64,000 bases of DNA, taken from IMG/VR virus record IMGVR_UViG_3300013233_000093, positions 124,001-188,000 of that record. One strand, written 5' to 3'. Under the pieces are notes generated by a model. That model searched no databases, was not told the DNA's origin, and saw nothing but the letters and a program-made list of their open reading frames with translations. A program made the translations under genes and the position numbers. Shown in pieces: positions 53,608 through 61,385 of this stretch (positions within the stretch are counted from its first letter, which is position 1; each line of letters begins with the position of its first letter).

Positions 53608-54759
53608 ATGAGTATCTTTTATAAGCACCAAGTGTTTGAAGGTAATGCTGAAGTACAGGACATGGCCGTCTCCACCGACGGCACAATGTTGGTGATTGGT
53701 CGACCTGACCTGTCCAGTGTATCCATTTATGAGAAACTGGCTACTGTACCGACCTTTGATGTCCCTGTATCATTAGACATGCCTGAAAGAAGAAACTTCG
53801 GCTATGCAGTGGCGCTATCAGGTGATCTTAATACCATTGCAGTGGGTTACTCAGAAATAGCCGTAGAGGACACCTACATGGCTCCTGAGTTCACCCACGT
53901 GGTTATGTTTATCCGCAATGATCTCGGCAACTGGATTGAAGACGGTGAGGTATCGGTAGGCTTAAACGGAGTAACTCCCGATACGATACGACTGTCGTTC
54001 GACGGACTTACGTTAACCGTGGGCGGCAGTGACCTTGTGTATACACTTATAAAGGATCCCGTGAACGGCGATGTGTTGGATACGGAAGATCTTCCGCTTA
54101 CCGCTCAGTTGTTTGAGCGATCGTTGGCTGATCCTTGGCATGCCGTAAAGGCGGTGCGGGCAGGCAACATAGACGGGCTACAGCAAGCGTTTGGCGGGAA
54201 TGCGTGGACAGTGAATAACGTCGCTGGTGCAGTGGATGAGATGATGGTCTCTACTGAATGGCGTCATGGACCTGTGGCAGGCTGTCGTATGTACAGAGTA
54301 ACGAAGAAAGCCGGTATTTGGACCGCGCCGGTTTTGGATGTATCCGCTATGGGCAGCGACATTGTTATGTCAGACGACATGACTGTAATGATCGTGTCTG
54401 TCACGTCTAACGTGCCACAGGCCGGTTTGTTTCATATGTACGCACGCACTCCAGGCGGTGCGTGGAGTGTGCCTACCGTGATCCTAAAGCCTCCTCTGGC
54501 AGATGACCTGTTGTTTGCCCTTAACCTAGGAATGAGTTCTGATGGATTATGGCAGTCCGCTACAGCAAGGCATTACGATGCGCCATCAGGTAACGTATAC
54601 GTATATAAAGCAGGTGTGTATAACGGACGCATTGTAACCGGAGATGTCACGCGGACTTCGTTTGGTAAAATTACCAGATTGCCCTCATTACCACAGCCCG
54701 TAGTCTACGTGTCGGACGGTTCTAATGTAAACCAGTATACTACTGTATTACCATTATAA
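53608..54759 (+). CDS. Beta-propeller protein (FG-GAP-like)
   Basis: VSTDGTMLVIG, FGYAVALSGDLNTIAVG, LSFDGLTLTVG, MSSDGLW. Confidence 0.8.
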   Translation: MSIFYKHQVFEGNAEVQDMAVSTDGTMLVIGRPDLSSVSIYEKLATVPTFDVPVSLDMPERRNFGYAVALSGDLNTIAVGYSEIAVEDTYMAPEFTHVVMFIRNDLGNWIEDGEVSVGLNGVTPDTIRLSFDGLTLTVGGSDLVYTLIKDPVNGDVLDTEDLPLTAQLFERSLADPWHAVKAVRAGNIDGLQQAFGGNAWTVNNVAGAVDEMMVSTEWRHGPVAGCRMYRVTKKAGIWTAPVLDVSAMGSDIVMSDDMTVMIVSVTSNVPQAGLFHMYARTPGGAWSVPTVILKPPLADDLLFALNLGMSSDGLWQSATARHYDAPSGNVYVYKAGVYNGRIVTGDVTRTSFGKITRLPSLPQPVVYVSDGSNVNQYTTVLPL

Positions 54760-54780
54760 CAATATAAAATCGGAGAGAAG

Positions 54781-55896
54781 ATGACTTACGCAGACAACGT
54801 CCGCAAATGCATAGACATGGACATGAGCGCAGACGGACGCAGTTGCGTTACGCTGGACAGAGTGATGGATAATAAAGACGCCATCGGTACCCTACATCAC
54901 CACACTTTGTTGGGCGGTGAATGGCACAACACCCGTACCTTTCAAATACCCACGTTGTTCAAGACATCTGTGTCGTATGAAACGGTACAGGCCGTGTGTA
55001 TATCAGGAGACGGTAACGTAATGGCTGTGACGACCAATTTCAGTTATCGTGTATACGTCAAATCCTTATACGACGGCAACATTTGGATGCCTGTTATAAC
55101 GCACTCTTATCGATACGATAAGATCGCCACGACACGAGGCGCCAGACCTACGCTAAGTTATACGGGCAACAAGCTTATGCTTTCCCCGATAGGACATACT
55201 CCTAAACGATGTAGGTTAAAACTGGTATACCTCACGGCTAAGTTTGATTACAACCAAGTAGGTAAGTATAATGACTTATCCATAAACCCCACGTTTTACT
55301 GGGATGTAACTAACGTGGCCGTGAGTGAGATAAGTACGAGTTACATCGTCGGGATTATCACAGAAGCCACTGTACGTCAGGCGCGACATAAGGGCAATGG
55401 CGTGTTGCGTGTAGAGGACATCACAGGTCACCTGCAGAAAAAGATCCGTGATGTACGTCTGTACGGACTGTATGTGGAACCACGCAACATTTGCCATCAT
55501 CAAGATGAACGTGAAATGGCGTACATCAATGGCTTAGAAGGTGCGTTACACGTACTGCCATATGACACACAGAAGCAAGTCATCGTGACAGACATGCCGG
55601 ACAATACTGTCGCCACAGGCACGGTGTCTTCCAGCTTAGACGGTGATATCATCGCAGTGAGTGTGTGCAGATCCGGTACATACGGTTTACTCATATTTAA
55701 ACGACGCGGTAGGGTATACGATGTGGCAAGGTTTGTGGATACCAATTCCAACGACGCCATTAACCCGATCGCTGTCTATAAGGTAAGTCCTTGTGGTAAT
55801 CACTTGGACTACAGCGTCCCCACTAAAATAGACCCTGCTACAGGGGAACGTGGGGACTGGACACGCTTACAACTTAACATTGTTGAAAAGGATTAA
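54781..55896 (+). CDS. Beta-propeller protein (divergent)
   Basis: MSADGRSCV, ISGDGNVMAV, LSYTGNKL, SLDGDIIAV, VSPCGNHL. Confidence 0.8.
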   Translation: MTYADNVRKCIDMDMSADGRSCVTLDRVMDNKDAIGTLHHHTLLGGEWHNTRTFQIPTLFKTSVSYETVQAVCISGDGNVMAVTTNFSYRVYVKSLYDGNIWMPVITHSYRYDKIATTRGARPTLSYTGNKLMLSPIGHTPKRCRLKLVYLTAKFDYNQVGKYNDLSINPTFYWDVTNVAVSEISTSYIVGIITEATVRQARHKGNGVLRVEDITGHLQKKIRDVRLYGLYVEPRNICHHQDEREMAYINGLEGALHVLPYDTQKQVIVTDMPDNTVATGTVSSSLDGDIIAVSVCRSGTYGLLIFKRRGRVYDVARFVDTNSNDAINPIAVYKVSPCGNHLDYSVPTKIDPATGERGDWTRLQLNIVEKD

Positions 55897-55898
55897 AC

Positions 55899-56891
55899 AT
55901 GCATACAGAATCAATTCGCATTACCGAGTTAGCTGAGTTCGCAAGTGATACGTTCAGCAGTAATGCAATGGATTTATCCAGTGACGGTAAAACCGTGGTG
56001 ACGATTACACCCGACCAGAAACACGCGGTTGTATTGGTTGTGATGAATAAGCACAGGCGTAAATGGTCTAAGGTCGCAGAAGTGACACTGCACGGATGTA
56101 ACTATGACGATGCCAGTGTAAGCATCAGTCCGGATGGATTGCGTGTTGCGGTGGGTCTACCTGGAGATGACGTTGTGTATGTCTATCGCTTATACGTGCA
56201 CGGCGTGAAACCACTTACATGCATATGTCGTCTACATCGTCCGAACTCCATGATCGTACACGGATTTGGTTGCGTCGTAGCCATTCGATTGGTTAACGAA
56301 AAGTATCGTTTGTTTACGACTGCGTACTGCATGCAAATGCATGCGTATGAATTCGATGATAAAGATGCCGCTAAGTGCGTTCGTACTGGGACGCTGCAAG
56401 CACCTATGACACCTAACGCGTACTACGACATCTTTGCCAATCATGACGGGTCACGTGTCACAGTTATAACAGGATCTACTGCTACCGTGATGACCGGCGA
56501 ATTGATGACATTGGAGATGATTGCGTTACCATCGACTGTGGATCGTGCGTGTGCAGCAGACAGTGACGTGGCCGTGGTCTCTTCTGGAGATAACCTGTAT
56601 CATACACGCTATAATGCAGAGAGCAAGGAGGCCAAGGAGGTGCTAGACGATCCACTGGCCATCAGTGTGGATGTGTCTGCCAACTACGATGGCACGGTCT
56701 TAATAAACGCCATGCGCAGTAAGATGGTGGTGTACGATTATAAAGCCGATCTCGTCACCCATGTGGGGTTGTTACGCCCAGATGTGAACGGGATGACGGG
56801 TAGATGTACTATGGCAGGTGCATCACGTGCATGTGCTGGCATGCATCAGTTACGTGCTGGCGGAAGTGTGTTATCAATAGCGGAATGGTGA
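55899..56891 (+). CDS. Beta-propeller protein (divergent)
   Basis: LSSDGKTVV, ISPDGLRVAVG, ANHDGSRV, ANYDGTVL. Confidence 0.8.
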   Translation: MHTESIRITELAEFASDTFSSNAMDLSSDGKTVVTITPDQKHAVVLVVMNKHRRKWSKVAEVTLHGCNYDDASVSISPDGLRVAVGLPGDDVVYVYRLYVHGVKPLTCICRLHRPNSMIVHGFGCVVAIRLVNEKYRLFTTAYCMQMHAYEFDDKDAAKCVRTGTLQAPMTPNAYYDIFANHDGSRVTVITGSTATVMTGELMTLEMIALPSTVDRACAADSDVAVVSSGDNLYHTRYNAESKEAKEVLDDPLAISVDVSANYDGTVLINAMRSKMVVYDYKADLVTHVGLLRPDVNGMTGRCTMAGASRACAGMHQLRAGGSVLSIAEW

Positions 56892-56892
56892 T

Positions 56893-57810
56893 ATGGATTC
56901 TCAAGTAAGACGCAAGTCCCTTGCTGTGGTGGCGATGAACAAAAAGTTATCGTCTAACATCATCGAGTGCTCCCCCGTAGAACAGATCCGTCTTATGGAC
57001 GGTGAGTTAGACGTGGGCACGGAAGATGTGGTCAGCAGTGGGATCGACCGGGATAACAATGTATACACTGCCAGTATAAAGATGGGTGTGACTGTGGAGG
57101 CGGAATGGTGGCCTGAGACCAACCGTCCCACACCGCCTGACGTCCGCCGTGGAGAGACTGTATGGCTATGGCATACCGGAGACAGTAATAAGTTTTACTG
57201 GGAGTCTACGGGAGCCTATGACGACCTCAGACGTCTAGAGACCATCGTCTTTCGCTTATCTGGATTACCCGATAACGCAGATGAGAAGTTAGATGCCAGT
57301 AATACGTACTGGATAGAATGGTCTACTCATAAGAAGATGGTGACGTTACATACTTCTATGCGTAACGGTGAGAAGGCAGGTTACACATTACAACTTAACA
57401 CGGGTGATGGTCAGGCTACGCTGGAGGATAATGAAGGTAATATAGTTCAGTTGGATACAGCAGCCACACACATCTGGGCGCGTAACATAAAAGACAGCAT
57501 CTTTGAGTTACTTAAAGGTGATATACGCGCGTCCGTCCCAGGCGGGTCGGAGATCTTTATGAAGGACGGAGACATCCTTACTCATAACGGCCATGGCGTA
57601 GAGTTTAACATGGTAGGTGGAAACACAATCCACAAGATGCCAGGTAACTACATCATAAACGCGACGAACATGATCGTGAATGCAAAGACCATGCACAACA
57701 AACCTGTAATTGGCGGAAAGGCCACTTACGGTAAGATCAGTGTAGGAAGCATCTCTGGTGGTAAGGGGTCATTTGGCCTGTTGCTTGCTGGTAAGTTTAA
57801 CTATCCATAG
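56893..57810 (+). CDS. Baseplate central spike-like protein (OB fold + beta-helix)
   Basis: AEW...NR.TPPDVRRGE.V.L....D..KFYW and RRLET motifs of phiKZ-like spikes; repetitive beta C-terminus. Confidence 0.7.
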   Translation: MDSQVRRKSLAVVAMNKKLSSNIIECSPVEQIRLMDGELDVGTEDVVSSGIDRDNNVYTASIKMGVTVEAEWWPETNRPTPPDVRRGETVWLWHTGDSNKFYWESTGAYDDLRRLETIVFRLSGLPDNADEKLDASNTYWIEWSTHKKMVTLHTSMRNGEKAGYTLQLNTGDGQATLEDNEGNIVQLDTAATHIWARNIKDSIFELLKGDIRASVPGGSEIFMKDGDILTHNGHGVEFNMVGGNTIHKMPGNYIINATNMIVNAKTMHNKPVIGGKATYGKISVGSISGGKGSFGLLLAGKFNYP

Positions 57811-57854
57811 ACGGCATACACAGTACCGCATTGCGGTACTGTGTCTTATGCCGT
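57811..57854. terminator. Bidirectional hairpin with TATGCCGT on both strands
   Basis: acggcata / acacagtaccgca-t-tgcggtactgtgt / tatgccgt between convergent genes; no U-tract. Confidence 0.8.
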
Positions 57855-57862
57855 GTATTGTA

Positions 57863-58399
57863 CTACTGTGATATATGCGCCATCAGTTCTTCCAGCTCTT
57901 CCGGATGGTGTATGTTAAACACCGGGATCTTAGCATGATTGGCGACTCGCATCTCTAAGAAGGTGATTGTAGGACTGTACGCGACCACGAATTCAGAACG
58001 TGACTGTGCGCCTACTAACTCTTCATCTCCTAATACAGATAACGTTTTAGCTACTGACTTAAGACGATCTTCTTTAGACCCCCGTAGCAGATTACTGTCA
58101 AGCTTGTTGCTGTCCAAGTGTCGGACTACTTGATGTTCTTCTGTTGTGGTGGGCACCCAGCAATGTGCATTGTGTTGATTCTTGATTCGAGGCGCTGTCT
58201 TAGAATAACTCCATATCTCGTGACTGCCGTTGGCCATTAATGCGCCGTTGACAAACTCCTCTGCGACGCCTTCTGTGCCGTTATGTCTAAGAGTGTAACC
58301 CATCTTAGCCAACCGACTTGAAATGCCGTGTATGGCCTCTGTGATGTGCTTAGGGGCAGACGTCGCGCATCCTGCACCTGTATAGAATTTTTCACTCAT
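57863..58399 (-). CDS. SLOG/DprA-like protein with degenerate motifs
   Basis: FYTGAG...P, RLAKMGYTLR.NG..G..EEF..GA, A....IPVFN. Confidence 0.7.
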   Translation of the reverse strand: MSEKFYTGAGCATSAPKHITEAIHGISSRLAKMGYTLRHNGTEGVAEEFVNGALMANGSHEIWSYSKTAPRIKNQHNAHCWVPTTTEEHQVVRHLDSNKLDSNLLRGSKEDRLKSVAKTLSVLGDEELVGAQSRSEFVVAYSPTITFLEMRVANHAKIPVFNIHHPEELEELMAHISQ

Positions 58400-58468
58400 T
58401 TACTGCGTGCTCCATATGTGGATTTATTAGACATACGATACTTAACTGTGTTCGCTACTATCTACTAT

Positions 58469-58508
58469 CTATATTACTTTAGTGATACTTAGGTAATAAT
58501 ACTTAGGT
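58469..58508 (+). promoter_or_regulatory. Early promoter variant
   Basis: cTATATTACtttagtga tacttaggtaat (same leader start as copy 8). Confidence 0.7.
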
Positions 58509-58558
58509 GCACTGTTATAACTAATAGATCTCTTACTAGAGATCAAAGGATAAAGATT

Positions 58559-59428
58559 ATGTTTAAAATGATTAAAAGGTTGTTTGCCTGGATTAAGAAA
58601 CTTCCAGTAATTGTACAAATTATGGTATTGGTTGTAGCCCTGCCCCTGGCTGCCGCGGCAGCTGTGGCATATGCAGTAACAATTGCAATGGTTTTAGTTT
58701 GGACATGCACGGTTACACTCGCACAATTGTGTGCGAGTGTAACTGCCAAGGGACACCTCTACAGAGTAACCACACCAGACGGCATGGTCGGGTACATCGG
58801 AGGTACCGTCCACAGTATGGTGCAGGCGCCGATGAAGTATATCCGCGCCGTCCGCGCAACTGGTAATTTGCTGGTGGAATACCGGGGATGTTGGGTTAAG
58901 GAAAACGCTGTCGAAATTGCGGGGCTTAAGCAGAAGTTCTCTCCGGAGATTCCGGTCGAGCATTTGGTTGAAATGGAGGTAGAGAATGCTATTGCCCCTT
59001 TAACCCAGCTCCTGTTTGGCGGGTTGTTGACAATGGAGCGTACCCTTGAACGACATGCTGATAGCAAGTCGGCTGAGGTAGAGGACTTGCCTTCTATGGC
59101 CATGCACTTGGATAGCATCCAGTGCCTAACGCCGCTGTACGCGGCGCGTACAGCGGCCATCGGCGCGTTTGCGAGCACAGCGGCGTTTGTAAAGACGGCG
59201 TATGCCATTACGTACAAGGGCACAACGCCATTAGGCACCCATCTTTGTATGGGTGAGTCGTACGGCCTTAACAGCCGCAGCGCCATTCAGGCGCTGCGGC
59301 TGATGGACGAGCTGGATGCCGGCCGTCCAGCCACTTTGATGGTCGGCGTGCTCCACCTGTACGCAGGAGGCCCATTCGCCTGCCTTGAGGTCTTAAAAGA
59401 CAGAGGCTGCAAAATCGAACGCATGTAA
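58559..59428 (+). CDS. TraB/GumN (Tiki-like) family membrane protein
   Basis: N-terminal TM; LYRV...YIGGTVH; C-terminal MVGVLHL......L..LKDRG.KIER. Confidence 0.75.
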   Translation: MFKMIKRLFAWIKKLPVIVQIMVLVVALPLAAAAAVAYAVTIAMVLVWTCTVTLAQLCASVTAKGHLYRVTTPDGMVGYIGGTVHSMVQAPMKYIRAVRATGNLLVEYRGCWVKENAVEIAGLKQKFSPEIPVEHLVEMEVENAIAPLTQLLFGGLLTMERTLERHADSKSAEVEDLPSMAMHLDSIQCLTPLYAARTAAIGAFASTAAFVKTAYAITYKGTTPLGTHLCMGESYGLNSRSAIQALRLMDELDAGRPATLMVGVLHLYAGGPFACLEVLKDRGCKIERM

Positions 59429-59438
59429 GTGCGTTCGT

Positions 59439-59479
59439 AGATCTCCTCCGTTTAGGCGGGGGAGATCTTTTTTTTTTTT
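59439..59479 (+). terminator. Canonical intrinsic terminator
   Basis: agatctcctccg...cgggggagatct followed by a long T-run. Confidence 0.85.
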
Positions 59480-59485
59480 GCGTTT

Positions 59486-59526
59486 ACAGCATAGACTCCT
59501 ATACACAAGCGATCGCTTGTGTATAG
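59486..59526 (-). terminator. Hairpin + TATGCTGT (minus strand)
   Basis: ctatacacaagc-gatc-gcttgtgtatag; TATGCTGT on - (acagcata at 59486-59493). Confidence 0.75.
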
Positions 59527-59543
59527 ATGACGTATACTTATAT

Positions 59544-60806
59544 TTACAAGACTCCGCAATCCACAGGTCCGACGTATATCGTGTCGGGGTATACCGGTGG
59601 TGCACGGTTTGGATCTATTGGCAAACAGTTTACAATGTCGCTGTCTACGAATGGGAATCCGCCGATAACGCTGCTGCTGTCTGTAACGTCTCCGCTATCT
59701 GTGCTGTCGCCTGAGCTATCGTCGGTGCTGTCGGTGGTGTCTACCACCACAGAGTCATCACTGATAACGCTGCTGCTGTCACTCTCGGTAGCTGTGTCTG
59801 CGACGACCGTGTCGTCCACACCGGCCTCTACCAGGATGTCGTCTCCAGATACAACCTCGGCAGTACCGCTAGTTGTGTCTGTGGAGGTGCTGTCCGTAGA
59901 AGTACTGTCTGTGCTATCTGTACTGTCACTTGACGTACTATCGGTACTATCCGTAGTGTCAGTAGTGGTGTTATCTGTAACCGTTTCCACCGTGTTATCG
60001 GACGTCTCTACTGTGTCAGTGGTCACTGTAGAAGAACCGTCTGCCTCCACCACCGTGGTTACGGTCTCTGTGGTATACACAGTAGTGACTGGATGATTTG
60101 CCAAATGCGCTGCCAGTGATTCTTCAGCAGCGATCACCCTAGCAGTAAGCTTAACGTTCTCTTCCACACATGCATGGATGGCAGAAAACATCTGACTCAT
60201 GTCTTCCCGCAACCGTCCCATAATTTTTATGGTTCTGCTGTCCTGCTCTTTAAGGGCAAGTCCAGCTAGATTTAACGGGCGTGACTCCACAAGCGATTGC
60301 TGCAGTCCCAACACACTGTCCCGTAACGGATTAAGGTGCGTGATTTGCGATAGTGGATGCGTGTGATCCTCTGGTGTAAACCCGCCGGGTATCTCAGTTA
60401 GATTGTTAAACGAGACGGACGTGGTTTTAACCGCATCGATCGTGGCACGCAGATCCATGATCAGTTGGTTACTGCGACCTTCCACACCACCGACTGCCTG
60501 ATAGGTTAACAGTACTTTACTGTATACTCCGGGGTTTGTGATGTGGATTGCCGTGGCGGTTTCTATGCCAGTGGCCAAGGTGATGTCTGCATCTATGCTG
60601 TAAAAGTCATAGTCCGTACCAAGTAACAGAGGGACGCTAACGCCTTCTGCTCGCAGTATCAACCCTGGCGTGTACATGAGACCGTGGTTGGCCACGATAA
60701 TGTACGCCGTAGTGGCAGATACCTCATGTAACTCATCTACGATGTAGTTGGAGGGGTTAGCCGCCGTACCATCGTATCTGTATTTTAAGGCGTTTACGAC
60801 AGACAT
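59544..60806 (-). CDS. Virion/tail structural protein with Thr/Asp/Ser-rich tail
   Basis: Y.YDGT..NPSN.I.DE.H, YQAVGG and P..HTH motifs of phiKZ-like tail proteins; low-complexity C-terminus. Confidence 0.7.
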   Translation of the reverse strand: MSVVNALKYRYDGTAANPSNYIVDELHEVSATTAYIIVANHGLMYTPGLILRAEGVSVPLLLGTDYDFYSIDADITLATGIETATAIHITNPGVYSKVLLTYQAVGGVEGRSNQLIMDLRATIDAVKTTSVSFNNLTEIPGGFTPEDHTHPLSQITHLNPLRDSVLGLQQSLVESRPLNLAGLALKEQDSRTIKIMGRLREDMSQMFSAIHACVEENVKLTARVIAAEESLAAHLANHPVTTVYTTETVTTVVEADGSSTVTTDTVETSDNTVETVTDNTTTDTTDSTDSTSSDSTDSTDSTSTDSTSTDTTSGTAEVVSGDDILVEAGVDDTVVADTATESDSSSVISDDSVVVDTTDSTDDSSGDSTDSGDVTDSSSVIGGFPFVDSDIVNCLPIDPNRAPPVYPDTIYVGPVDCGVL

Positions 60807-60821
60807 TGTATCGTGCCCTCA

Positions 60822-61199
60822 TTAAATAATATCGTCAAAGAAATGCGTACGTATGTACCCGTATACCCTCGTGCCTAATTGCATGGCGGATGCTCTACGA
60901 GGCTTCACCTCGCAAGCAGCCAGTGCCATTTTAAAGTGTTCGTTAGCCACTGTCCAACCGTGCCCGTTTACCAATAGCCAGTCGTGAACTACTGCAGCAA
61001 GAAAGTACTTATCTACAGGAGGGTAAAGTCCCCACAGCCATCTTGGCACTGAAGCGCCGTCCGTCACAAACCCTGCTTCTATATCGTAACCCAAGATCGT
61101 AATCTTATCGCGCAGTCGATAGCGCACCGTCGGGTTATCCACAGAAGGGAGTAAGATGTCGACAGCGACGCATTTGATGTCTTTAAGCGTGGATTGCAT
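60822..61199 (-). CDS. DUF1353 family protein
   Basis: GFVTDGASVPR.LW..PP...Y..AAVVHDWL. Confidence 0.9.
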   Translation of the reverse strand: MQSTLKDIKCVAVDILLPSVDNPTVRYRLRDKITILGYDIEAGFVTDGASVPRWLWGLYPPVDKYFLAAVVHDWLLVNGHGWTVANEHFKMALAACEVKPRRASAMQLGTRVYGYIRTHFFDDII

Positions 61200-61385
61200 T
61201 ACCTACTCCTTTTTAAAACCGCCGAGCACTCTTATAAAAGAACCCGGTAAATAAATTAGCCATCCGTGGTATACTCACGCTAACATGAGCTCCCTTTCCC
61301 TCTAAACGCGATGTGACCGTGCGGCTAGGCACAGCCCCTACACCATGCCTTTGCCGCAGCAAGCGGATGGCATCGCGTTCCTCCT
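61200..61385 (-). other. Highly structured intergenic element with an 11-codon mini-ORF
   Basis: Several complementary pairs (aacgcgatg/catcgcgtt, gccatccg/cggatggc, tggtgta/tatacca and local hairpins); AGGAGG + ATG 61373..61338. Confidence 0.5.

Noticed and set aside
59527-60096. 189-aa Ser/Val-rich + strand ORF
   Set aside because: Antisense shadow of the Thr/Asp-rich tail of the - strand gene
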